A DNA stretch of 64,000 nucleotides from Myxococcota bacterium (GCA_041687695.1 JAWLBL010000013.1:128001-192000), one strand, 5' to 3'; shown: positions 9,935 through 18,752, counted from the first letter of the stretch. Translations and numbers: made by a program. The notes: generated by a model not told the origin, from the letters alone.

Positions 9935-9964
9935 TTGCCAGGGTTCGGGTGCCGCCGCTATAGT
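9935..9964 (+). promoter_or_regulatory. Putative sigma70-type promoter for the FHA-GGDEF gene
   Basis: TTGCCA-18nt-TATAGT. Confidence 0.5.
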
Positions 9965-10016
9965 CCGCCGACTGAGCCACCGTCAATCGGGCTCCTGCGA
10001 AAACGCCGCAGGGGGT

Positions 10017-10892
10017 GTGACCGTGAACACGTCTCCGTTCCGCCGCGTCCCGGACGCCGCCCGCCTGACCGCGGCCGGCTCGGAGTGCCTCGTGATGCTC
10101 CGCGGGCCCACCCTCGGCCGCAAGCTGGACCTCGGCCCCGACCGCGTGACCATCGGCCGCGACCTCGACAACCACGTCGTGCTCGACGCCGACCACGTCT
10201 CGCGCTTCCACGCGGCCATCGAGGTCGACGCCCTCCACCGCGTCGTCAGCGACCTCGGCTCCACCAACGGCACCTGGGTCAACGACCGCCAGGTCGACCG
10301 CCAGCGCCTGCACCCCGGCGACCTCATCCAGATCGGCGAGGTCGTCTTCAAGTACCTCGCCGGCCGCGACGTCGAGGCGGCCTACCACGAGGAGATCTAC
10401 CAGATGGCCATCACCGACGGCCTCACGTCGGTGCCCAACTCCCGCTTCCTCGCGCAGTTCCTCGAGCGCGAGATGTCGCGCTCGCGCCGCTACGGCCGCG
10501 ACCTCAGCCTGCTCTTCATCGACGCCGACAAGTTCAAGGAGGTCAACACCCGCCTTGGCCACGTCGTCGGCGACCAGCTGCTGCGCGAGCTGGCCCACGT
10601 CCTCGAGGCCGGCGTCGGCCGCGAGGAGCTGTGCGCGCGCTACGGCGGCGAGGAGTTCGTCATCGTCCTGCCCGAGGTCCCGCTCGCCCAGGCCGTGACC
10701 CAGGCCGAGGCCATCCGCCGCGCCGTCGAGGCGCACCGCTTCACCCACGGCGACGAGTTGGTCCCCGTGACCGTCAGCGTCGGCGTCGCCGCCTTCGAGC
10801 CAGACATGCGGCGCCCCGAGGACCTCGTCCGCGCCGCCGACGCCAAGCTGCACCGCGCCAAGGACGGCGGCCGCAACCGCGTCGTGTCGTGA
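10017..10892 (+). CDS. FHA domain + GGDEF diguanylate cyclase
   Basis: FHA motifs IGR, SRFHA, DLGSTNGTWVN; TDGLT, DADKFKEVN, GH..GD, RYGGEEF, AKDGGRN. Confidence 0.93.
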   Translation: MTVNTSPFRRVPDAARLTAAGSECLVMLRGPTLGRKLDLGPDRVTIGRDLDNHVVLDADHVSRFHAAIEVDALHRVVSDLGSTNGTWVNDRQVDRQRLHPGDLIQIGEVVFKYLAGRDVEAAYHEEIYQMAITDGLTSVPNSRFLAQFLEREMSRSRRYGRDLSLLFIDADKFKEVNTRLGHVVGDQLLRELAHVLEAGVGREELCARYGGEEFVIVLPEVPLAQAVTQAEAIRRAVEAHRFTHGDELVPVTVSVGVAAFEPDMRRPEDLVRAADAKLHRAKDGGRNRVVS

Positions 10893-10920
10893 CCCGCCCC
10901 ATGACGACGACGACGCCCGA

Positions 10921-13900
10921 ATGACCGCCCGCCGCCTCCGCTTCGCGCTCATCGGCCTGTTCGCCCTGTGGGCCGCCTGCGATCTCGGCGCCCCCGACGG
11001 CGGCGGCCAGGGCTGCGTGCGCGTCCACCAGGGCCAGGGCTACCAGTTCCCGCTCAAGCGCGTCCTGCAGGGCGCCCTGTCGGTCGTGGTCACCCAGGAC
11101 GGCGTCGACTTCCTGACCGAGCGCATCCGCGACCTCGTCCTCGCCTTCTTCGACGCCGACGAGAGCGGCCACGCCGTCGTCCCCCTCGACACCCTGGGCC
11201 TCGGCGACCTCTCGACCGAGCTCGGCCCCCTCAAGGGCAACGTCCGCGACCTCGTCGTCACCCTCGACCTCGCCTCCCTCTCGGTCGAGCTCGTCCCCGG
11301 CACCCAGCCCGCCCGCCTGCGCATCTCGGTCCAGGACGCCGTCGTCGGCCTCGCCTCCGGCACCGTCGCCGGCGAGGTCAACGCCCTCGGCTTCAAGGGC
11401 GACCTCGCCTGCGGCCTCGGCAACGGCAAGCTCGGCCACGTCGCCGTGCTCTCCTTCGATCTCGAGCTCGCCCTCGGCACCACCGACGACGGCGTCCTCG
11501 ACGTGCAGGTCCTCTCCCTGACCTCGGACGTCAAGGACGTCTCCCTCGCCGTCCTCACCGACTGCACCCTGCCCGAGTGCCTCGACGGCCTGACCCCGCC
11601 CGCCGAGGGCGAGTGCGGCGAGTGCAAGACCGCCTGCGGCGCCGCCGGCCTCGCCGCCGATCTGGCCAGCATCCTCCACGACATCTTCGACCAGCTCATC
11701 GACGATCTCGTCGGCTGGCTCGCCGACGACCTCGCCAACCTCCTGCTCGATCTCCTCCTCAACGGCCGCCCCCTCGCCGTCGAAGGCCGCCTCGACGTCG
11801 CCGCCCTCGCGTCCCCGCTGCTGCCCTACCTCGCCTCGGCCAGCCCCCTCGACGTCCTCGGCCGCCCCGGCGCCGAGGCCTTCCAGGTCCTGCCCGACCT
11901 CGGCGGCGCCGCCCTGCAGGTCACCCTCGACGCCGGCGCCGACAGCGCCCCGGTCCACCCCTGCGTCGCCCCGGTCGGCGCCGAGCCCATCTTCTCGCCC
12001 GGCCCGGTCCCCGCCTTCCCGGAGCTGGCCACCGGCGCCGACGGCGTCCCCGCCCCCTACCACGTCGGCCTCGCCACCAGCGCCGCCCTGGTCAACGAGG
12101 CCGTCTGGGCCGCCTACAAGTCCGGCGCCCTCTGCATCGCCCTCACCACCGACGACCTCGCCACCCTCTCCGGCGGCCGCCTCGTCCTCACCGCGCGCCT
12201 GCTCGACCTCCTGCTCCCCGGCGCCGCCCACGTCGCCGGCCCCGACGCCCCGGTCCGCGTCGTCGTCAAGCCCCGCCTCGACGCCGCCGCCATGCCCGTC
12301 GTCCGCTTCGGCGACGGCCAGGCCACCCCGACCCTGCAGGTCCAGCTCTCCCAGGCCTCCGTCGCCCTCGACCTCCTGGTCGCCGACCAGTGGCTCCGCG
12401 CCATCGCCTTCCGCGCCGACCTCGCCCTGGGCCTGTCCATCGACGCCCTCTCCGACGCCCGCCTCGGCCTGCGCCTCGCCGACGTCGCCCTGACCGGCCT
12501 CAGCCTGCCCGACAACGAGATCTTCGCGGCCGCCCGCATGGACCTCATCGCCCCCTTCGTCGTCGACCTCGCCCTGGGCGTCCTGGGCCAGATGCCCATC
12601 CAGCTCGATCTCGCCACCACCGGCCTCGCCCCCGAGCTGCTGGGCGTCCCGGTCGAGCCGGTCGTCCGCGCCATCACCTCCGCCGGCCCCGACGACGGCT
12701 GGCTGCACGTCCTGGTCGCCCTCCAGGACCCCGCCCCGCCGCCCGCCCCGCTGACCCCGCAGGCCTTCCGCTTCCGCGAGCCCACCCCCGGCCAGCTCTG
12801 GTTCCAGGTCGACGCCCCCGCCGGCCACGAGGTGCAGCTGCGCGTGGCCGGCGGCTCCTGGTCGCGCTGGTTCCCCGCGCAGGGCGAGCACCGCCTGACC
12901 CACCCGCGCCTGTGGCTGACCGGCCGCCTGTCGCTCGAGGCCCGCCTGCGCCGCGCCGGCGGCACCCCAGGCCCGGCCATCGAAGCCGGGCAGGTCGACG
13001 TTCACGCGCCCGCCCCCGCCGAGCCGTCCGCGCCCGAACCCGAGGCGCCCGAGCCCGAGCCCGAGCCCCAGGCCGACGCGCCCGCTCCGCACGACGGCTG
13101 CTCGGGAGGCGACGCCGCGCCGACGACCCTCTGGCTCGTCCTCGTCGTTTGGCTGGTCCGCCGCCGCTCCGTCCGCCTCGTCGCCCTCGCGCTCGCGTTC
13201 GGCGCCTGCGCCGACGAGGCGGTCGCCCCCGCCAGCGTCTGCTCCTGGCACGACCAGTGCCCCGACGGCTTCTTGTGCGGCCCCGAGGGCCGCTGCGTGG
13301 GCGCCGACCCGTGCGCCGCCGACGCCGACTGCTGCCCCGGCGCCACCTGCTTCCGCGGCTGGTGTCGCCCCACGGACCAGTGCGACGCCCAGCGCCCCTG
13401 CGAGCGCCTGGGCACCGTCTGCGAAGCCGGCCAGTGCGCCCCGGCGCCCTGCGAGGCCGACCTCGACTGCCCCAGCCCCCTGCGCTGCGCCGCCGGCCGC
13501 TGCCTGGGCGCGCCTCCCTGCGACGGCGCCTGCCCCGAGGGCACCGCCTGCCACCTCGCCAGCGGCCGCTGCCTGCCGGCGCCCGCCTGCGCGGCGCTGT
13601 GCGGCCCCGACCAGGTCCCCACCGTCGCCGAGGCCCCGCCGGTCCCGGCCCTGCGCTGCGCCGCCGAGCACCCCTGCGCCTGCGCGACCCTGCCGCGCGT
13701 GCTGCCGGGCTTCCCTGGCTTCGAGGGCCGCCTGCTCGCCACCCCCAGCCAGCCCGTCGTCGTCAGCTACGAGCCCACCTACGGCGACCTCGTCCTGTCG
13801 CGCTTGACCGTCGGCGACCCGGACCGCGACGACCTGGCCCTCGACGGCGTGCCCGACGTGCCACCCCTCGGCGACGTGACCGGCTACCGCGCCGGCGTGG

Positions 13901-15078
13901 CCGCCCCTGGGCCCGATCGCGGCCGCCGCCCCGCCGTGGCTTGGGCGACCACGCCCACCGGCGTCCTGGTCGACGTGCTGTACCGCGACGAGGACGAGGG
14001 CGCGCTGCGTTACCTGCGGGTCCGCCCGGCCGACGGCAAGGTCGTCGCCCGCTCGCGCGTGCCGATCCCGGGCGACGCGGGCCGCTACTCGTGCCTGGTC
14101 CGCGAGCACGGCACGGGCCAGCTCACCGGCCTGGCCTTCGTCGCCGCCGATCCGACCGACTCGGTGGCCCGCCTGGTGCGCCTGCGCGCCACCACCGACG
14201 CCCCCGACGACGACGGCGACTGGGAGGTCGTCACCGTCCTCGAGCGCCCGCTGCCCGCGCGCGACCCGGCGCCCTGCGGGGACGCCTGCGGGCCCCTCGA
14301 GCTGTGCGGCCGCCTGCCCGACGGCGATCGCTGCGTCCCCGCCTTCGACGGCCTGTCCTGCGAGCAGGCCTGCCCGGCGCACCACCTCTGCCACGTCCCC
14401 GACGAGGCCGGCGCCGCCCCCACCTGCGTCCCGCGCGTCCACCGGACCCACGCGGCCGATCGGCTGCCCTTCGGCCGGGGCCTGTTCGTCTCGTGCGCCG
14501 CCGGGCCGGCGGGCGTGGTCGCCGCCTGGTACGACGCGGACCACGGCCTGGTCGAGTCGGCGCGGGCCCCGTTCGCCGGCGCGCCCATCGCGATCGTCGA
14601 CGGCACCGCGGCGGCCCACGACGTGCCCGATCTGGGCCACCACGTCCGCGTGGCCCTGCGCGAGGACGGCGCCGCCGCCGTGGCCTACCACGACGCCACC
14701 CACGGGCGCCTGTGGCTCGCCGAGCAGGCCTCCGCCTTCGCCCCCTGGCAGGCGACGCTGGTGCACGAGGCGACCGGCGTCGACGCCCGCGCGCTGGGCG
14801 CCTGGCCGGCCCTCGTCTACGATGCCGGGGGTCAACCGACCCTCGCTCATGCCGATGCCACACGCGCCAACGTGCTGCTCGCCCGGCGGGACGCGGCCGG
14901 ATGCTGGAAGCAGGTCGAGGTCCTGTCCTCGGGCGGCTGGATCGCGCCCGATCTGGCGCTCGCGCCCGACGGCCAGCTCTTCGTGTCGGCCCTGCGCCTC
15001 GGCTTCACGCCCGCCTTGGCGCCGGACCACGAGCTGCGGCTGCTGCGTGTGCCGCCGCCGACCTGCGGCGGCGATTGA
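10921..15078 (+). CDS. Large lipoprotein: N-terminal long beta-rich domain (possibly LBP/BPI/TULIP-like), Pro/Glu linker, internal MYXO-CTERM-like signal, second lipobox, Cys-rich repeats and beta-rich C-terminal part
   Basis: N-terminal LWAA-C lipobox; internal DGCSGG...LWLVLVVWLVRRRSVRLVALALAFGA-C; consistent C-ending codon usage. The domain fold is an inference. Confidence 0.75.
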   Translation: MTARRLRFALIGLFALWAACDLGAPDGGGQGCVRVHQGQGYQFPLKRVLQGALSVVVTQDGVDFLTERIRDLVLAFFDADESGHAVVPLDTLGLGDLSTELGPLKGNVRDLVVTLDLASLSVELVPGTQPARLRISVQDAVVGLASGTVAGEVNALGFKGDLACGLGNGKLGHVAVLSFDLELALGTTDDGVLDVQVLSLTSDVKDVSLAVLTDCTLPECLDGLTPPAEGECGECKTACGAAGLAADLASILHDIFDQLIDDLVGWLADDLANLLLDLLLNGRPLAVEGRLDVAALASPLLPYLASASPLDVLGRPGAEAFQVLPDLGGAALQVTLDAGADSAPVHPCVAPVGAEPIFSPGPVPAFPELATGADGVPAPYHVGLATSAALVNEAVWAAYKSGALCIALTTDDLATLSGGRLVLTARLLDLLLPGAAHVAGPDAPVRVVVKPRLDAAAMPVVRFGDGQATPTLQVQLSQASVALDLLVADQWLRAIAFRADLALGLSIDALSDARLGLRLADVALTGLSLPDNEIFAAARMDLIAPFVVDLALGVLGQMPIQLDLATTGLAPELLGVPVEPVVRAITSAGPDDGWLHVLVALQDPAPPPAPLTPQAFRFREPTPGQLWFQVDAPAGHEVQLRVAGGSWSRWFPAQGEHRLTHPRLWLTGRLSLEARLRRAGGTPGPAIEAGQVDVHAPAPAEPSAPEPEAPEPEPEPQADAPAPHDGCSGGDAAPTTLWLVLVVWLVRRRSVRLVALALAFGACADEAVAPASVCSWHDQCPDGFLCGPEGRCVGADPCAADADCCPGATCFRGWCRPTDQCDAQRPCERLGTVCEAGQCAPAPCEADLDCPSPLRCAAGRCLGAPPCDGACPEGTACHLASGRCLPAPACAALCGPDQVPTVAEAPPVPALRCAAEHPCACATLPRVLPGFPGFEGRLLATPSQPVVVSYEPTYGDLVLSRLTVGDPDRDDLALDGVPDVPPLGDVTGYRAGVAAPGPDRGRRPAVAWATTPTGVLVDVLYRDEDEGALRYLRVRPADGKVVARSRVPIPGDAGRYSCLVREHGTGQLTGLAFVAADPTDSVARLVRLRATTDAPDDDGDWEVVTVLERPLPARDPAPCGDACGPLELCGRLPDGDRCVPAFDGLSCEQACPAHHLCHVPDEAGAAPTCVPRVHRTHAADRLPFGRGLFVSCAAGPAGVVAAWYDADHGLVESARAPFAGAPIAIVDGTAAAHDVPDLGHHVRVALREDGAAAVAYHDATHGRLWLAEQASAFAPWQATLVHEATGVDARALGAWPALVYDAGGQPTLAHADATRANVLLARRDAAGCWKQVEVLSSGGWIAPDLALAPDGQLFVSALRLGFTPALAPDHELRLLRVPPPTCGGD

Positions 15079-15154
15079 CCCGCGTCGGGAACGTCCGCCC
15101 AATAGGATGCGTTGGCGGTAGGCGAGACAGAGTTCCTTCAAGCCCGGTAGCCCG

Positions 15155-16228
15155 ATGTCGAACGAGCAGAGACGGCGCGAGCGCGAGCGCCGCATCCTGA
15201 GGGAGATCGTCGAGATCCACATCGAGACCGGCCAGGCGGTCGGCTCGAAGGTGGTGGCCGAGCGCCTGGGCGGCCGCCTGTCGTCGGCGTCCATCCGCGC
15301 CGTGATGAACGAGCTCGACACACGCGGCGTGCTCAGCCAGCCGCACACCTCGGCCGGCCGGGTCCCGACCGACCTGGGTTATCGCCAGTACCTCGAGGGG
15401 CTCGACCCGCGTCGGCTGCAGATGCCCGACCGCAGCGAGCTCGAGGCCCTGGCCTGGCACGCCTCGCAGACCGTGCTGGGCCTGCTGAAGGAGGCGGCGT
15501 CCTTTTTGTCGGACCGCCTGGGCATCGCGGGCCTCATCGCCGCGCCGCGGCTCGAGCACGCGGTGCTGCAGCACATCGAGTTCGTGTGGCTGCGTCGCGG
15601 GTCGGTCCTGGCCATCGTGGTCACGCGCGCGGGGCTGGTCCACGAGCGCCTGCTGGCCGCCGACCCGCAGCTCGAGCGCGAGATGTGCGAGGCGCTCAAC
15701 AACTACTTGAACAGCTTCTTGAGCGGCAAGACGCTGGCCCAGGTGCGCCAGCGCATCGAGGAGGAGCAGCGCCGCGACCGCGAGACGCTGGGCGAGCTCG
15801 AGGCGCGCGCCCTGGATCTGGCCGGGCGGGCGCTGGCCGACGCCGAAGGCGCCGAGGTGGTGGTCGACGGCGCGGCGAGCATCCTCGAGCTCCGCGAGTT
15901 CGCCGAGCCCGGCGTCGCCGCCGAGCTGGTGCGCACGCTGGACCGGCGCGAGGTCTGGTTGCGGCTGCTCGACCGGGTCGAGGACGCCCACGACACCAAG
16001 ATCTATCTCGGGGGCGAGGTCGGCGCGCCGCTCGACGAGTGCTCGTTCGTCGCCGCCGGCTATGGCGGCCCGTCCGGCTCGGGGCTGGTGGGCGTGCTCG
16101 GGCCCAAGCGGCTGGACTACCGCCGCGCCATCCCGCTGGTGGGGCTGGTCGCCGGTCGGCTCGGGGCGCTGCTCGACGCCGCCGAGGCGGACCCGGACGA
16201 TCCGGAGCGCGATCCGACCCTGCACTGA
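15155..16228 (+). CDS. hrcA: Heat-inducible transcription repressor HrcA
   Basis: VGSK, SSASIR, QPHTSAGRVPTDLGYR, GVLGPKRLDY. Confidence 0.96.
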   Translation: MSNEQRRRERERRILREIVEIHIETGQAVGSKVVAERLGGRLSSASIRAVMNELDTRGVLSQPHTSAGRVPTDLGYRQYLEGLDPRRLQMPDRSELEALAWHASQTVLGLLKEAASFLSDRLGIAGLIAAPRLEHAVLQHIEFVWLRRGSVLAIVVTRAGLVHERLLAADPQLEREMCEALNNYLNSFLSGKTLAQVRQRIEEEQRRDRETLGELEARALDLAGRALADAEGAEVVVDGAASILELREFAEPGVAAELVRTLDRREVWLRLLDRVEDAHDTKIYLGGEVGAPLDECSFVAAGYGGPSGSGLVGVLGPKRLDYRRAIPLVGLVAGRLGALLDAAEADPDDPERDPTLH

Positions 16229-16346
16229 GCGCGGGCAGCCGTCCGCGCGCCAGTTACCAAAGGGGCGCGAACCGGGCCGCGTGCGCTTGCCGCGCCGGGT
16301 TATCGCGTGTCATCTTCCGGGGCGTCGGATGACCGGGAGCGTGCGC

Positions 16347-17180
16347 ATGACGGGCGGCGAGGGACACGATCAGGACGAGACCGAGGGGCTCGGCCGCGTC
16401 CACCACATCGAGCTCGAGGAGGTCGGGGACGTCGACCTGATGGCGCTGCTCGACGAGGTCACGGAGCAGCTCGACGAGGAGACGGCGGCGGCCCGTCCGC
16501 GTCCTCCCGCCGACGAGGCGAACCGCGCGCGCGTGACGACGACGCCCGGGGCCGCCCGGACCCGCGTCCCGACGGCCCCGAGCGGGGCGCCGCGGGCCGA
16601 GGCGGGCGCCGACGGCCGGCCGCCCATCCGCGGCAAGGTGGTCGACGAGTCGTTCAAGGTGCGCGAGCTGGAGCGGCGCCTGACCGAGGCGACCAGCGAG
16701 ACCGAGGGCTGGCGCAAGCGCATGGGGCAGATGACGGCCGAGACGGCCAGCTACCGCCGGCGGCTCGAGGAGCAGGCGGGCGCCGCGCGGCTGAGCGGGC
16801 GCGAGGACGTCTTCCGGATGCTCATGCCCATCCTCGACGGGCTCGAGGCCGGGCTGGCCTCGTCCCAGCGCACCCGCGACTTCGACAGCCTGTTCAAGGG
16901 CCTCGAGATGGTCCTCAAGCAGCTGCAAGGCGAGCTGCGCCAGCTGGGCCTCGAGGGTGTCGCCGGCGAAGGGCAGCCCTTCGATCCGACCTGCCAGGAG
17001 GCGATGCGGCAGGTGCACACGGGCGGGGCGTCGCCGGGCACCGTCGTGGACGTGGTCCGGCGCGGCTACCGGCTGAAGGAGCGCCTGCTGCGCCCGGCGA
17101 TGGTGGTGGTCGAGGGTCCGGCCGAAGAGCCGAAGCCCGAGGCGGCCGCGGAGCCGGCCGAGGAGCCCGCGGAGGGCTGA
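16347..17180 (+). CDS. grpE: Nucleotide exchange factor GrpE with long N-terminal extension
   Basis: GQPFDP..QEA, V..V.RRGYRLKERLLRPAMVVV; directly after hrcA; GGGAG upstream of ATG 16347. Confidence 0.9.
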   Translation: MTGGEGHDQDETEGLGRVHHIELEEVGDVDLMALLDEVTEQLDEETAAARPRPPADEANRARVTTTPGAARTRVPTAPSGAPRAEAGADGRPPIRGKVVDESFKVRELERRLTEATSETEGWRKRMGQMTAETASYRRRLEEQAGAARLSGREDVFRMLMPILDGLEAGLASSQRTRDFDSLFKGLEMVLKQLQGELRQLGLEGVAGEGQPFDPTCQEAMRQVHTGGASPGTVVDVVRRGYRLKERLLRPAMVVVEGPAEEPKPEAAAEPAEEPAEG

Positions 17181-17331
17181 GGGCCGTGGCCGTGGCCGTG
17201 AGCCGAGACTGTGGCCGTGAGCCGAGGCCGAAGCTGTGAGCGGTGGCCGTGGCCGAGGCCGTGGCCGTGAGCCGAGGCCGAGGCCGTGGCCGAGGACCGT
17301 GAGCCGTGGCCGTGGGACCGTGGAGCCGTGA
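17181..17331. repeat. Degenerate hexamer tandem repeat (GCCGTG/GCCGAG)n
   Basis: gccgtggccgtggccgtgagccgagactgtggccgtgagccgaggccg... fills the grpE-bamD spacer. Confidence 0.85.
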
Positions 17332-17348
17332 CGCTGAGCGCCCGCGCA

Positions 17349-17377
17349 TTGACACCCCTCGGGGGCGCTGCTAACAC
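17349..17377 (+). promoter_or_regulatory. Putative sigma70-type promoter of bamD
   Basis: TTGACA-17nt-TAACAC with TGn extension, ending 9 nt before the ATG. Confidence 0.5.
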
Positions 17378-17386
17378 GCGCCGGTC

Positions 17387-18325
17387 ATGTCGAAGCTCGC
17401 CCCGCGCTCGCGCCTGTCCTCCCTGGCCACCGCCGCCCTCGTCGCCCTGCTCGGGCTCGCCGAGGCCTGCGGCGGGACCACGGCCGCGACCACCGGCCGC
17501 CCCACCGACGTCGCCGAGTCGGCGCGCCAGACCTACTTCACCGCCATGGAGGAGCTGGTCGGCGGCAACTACGTCCGGGCGATCGAGCTCTTCAACCGCG
17601 TCGCGCGGACGCCGCGCTACCTGCGCTACTCGGCCCTGGCGCGGCTGCGCATCGCCGACGCCATGTTCATGCAGGACCGCTACCAGGAGGCCATCGAGGC
17701 CTACCGGCAGTTCCTGGCGCAGCACGAGGGCGACCCCAACGTTCCCTACGCGCGCTTCCGCATCGCGGCCAGCTACTTCCGGCGTCGCCCGACGGACTGG
17801 TTCGCCTCGCCCGACGCCAGCGAGTTCGATCAGACGCTGACGATGCAGGCCGAGCGCGAGCTGAGCCGCTTCATCGACACCTTCCCGACCAGCCCCTACG
17901 CCGACGAGGCGCGGCAGATGCGCGCCGAGGCGCGGCGCCTGATGTTCGACCACGAGGTCTACATCGCCGACTTCTACGCCGATCGCGACAAGTGGCGCGC
18001 GACGGCCTGGCGCCTCGATCACGCCGCGACGACCTACCCCGAGTTCGTGGACGAGGCCTTCCTGTGGCGCATCGCGCAGGCCTACGCCTCGGCGGGTGAC
18101 ACGTCGGACGCGGCGCGGATGTACGCGACCTACCTCGAGCGCTTCCCCGACGCGCCGCGCACCGAGACGGCGCGGCAGCGTCTGCAGGCCATCCGCGCCG
18201 AGTACGACCTCCGCCTGCGCCAGGCGCCGGCCCCGACGCCCCCGGCGCCCGAGCCCGACGAGGCCCCGGAGGCCCCCGAGGCCGACGAGGCGCCCGAGGC
18301 CGACGACGCGCCCGAAGACGAATAA
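17387..18325 (+). CDS. bamD: Outer membrane protein assembly factor BamD (TPR lipoprotein)
   Basis: Lipobox-like AEAC; A.LRIADA.F, Y..FL..H, PNVPYA.F, DQT, FPTSPYADEA, HEVYIADFY. Confidence 0.85.
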   Translation: MSKLAPRSRLSSLATAALVALLGLAEACGGTTAATTGRPTDVAESARQTYFTAMEELVGGNYVRAIELFNRVARTPRYLRYSALARLRIADAMFMQDRYQEAIEAYRQFLAQHEGDPNVPYARFRIAASYFRRRPTDWFASPDASEFDQTLTMQAERELSRFIDTFPTSPYADEARQMRAEARRLMFDHEVYIADFYADRDKWRATAWRLDHAATTYPEFVDEAFLWRIAQAYASAGDTSDAARMYATYLERFPDAPRTETARQRLQAIRAEYDLRLRQAPAPTPPAPEPDEAPEAPEADEAPEADDAPEDE

Positions 18326-18413
18326 GGCACTTGACCTCGGGCGGCCGGCGTGGTGCCTTCCGCCCGCTCTCTCACCTGTCCTCCGATTAGGGAAGCACCA
18401 AAGGAGACCCCAG

Positions 18414-18752
18414 ATGGCGACCCAGACCCCCAAGCAGATCGTGACCGCCCGCTTCGGCAGCCGCACCGACCTCGTCAACGCGATCGCCGGCCTGCTCGGC
18501 GACGAGGCCAACAAGTCGGCCCTGATGGGCACGACCAACAAGAAGCTGCTGCGCATCCACGAGGTCGCCACGACCGTCCAGCAGCGCTTCGGCGGCAAGG
18601 CCGGCCTCATCGACGCGATGGCCAAGCTGCAGTTCAAGACCGGCAAGCCCAACGCGGGCTGGCGCGAGAAGATGGAGGGCTACACCGTCAAGCGCCTGCT
18701 CGATCTGCACCGCCAGCTCAAGACGACCGGCCAGGGCGCGACCCAGGGCTGA
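18414..18752 (+). CDS. Small basic hypothetical protein (112 aa)
   Basis: AAGGAG RBS, clean codon usage, internal repeat RFGSR..LV.AI / RFGGK..LI.AM and NKKLL.IH / VKRLL.LH. Confidence 0.8.
   Translation: MATQTPKQIVTARFGSRTDLVNAIAGLLGDEANKSALMGTTNKKLLRIHEVATTVQQRFGGKAGLIDAMAKLQFKTGKPNAGWREKMEGYTVKRLLDLHRQLKTTGQGATQG

Noticed and set aside
10774..15348. Very long antisense or alternate-frame ORFs (also 27001-29907, 30433-36285, 57397-61209, 49251-51686, 25-1860)
   Set aside because: Shadows of real genes in high-GC DNA: no motifs, Arg/Gly/Ala-rich, and fully overlapping well-supported CDSs
17181..17331. Possible CRISPR array or small Ala/Thr/His-rich ORF
   Set aside because: Hexamer tandem repeat with no unique spacers, no cas genes and no credible start
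17349..17374. CIRCE-like sequence TTGACACCC-N8-CGCTGCTAA near hrcA
   Set aside because: Only about 6/9 matches per arm and an 8-nt spacer; better explained as the -35/-10 of bamD
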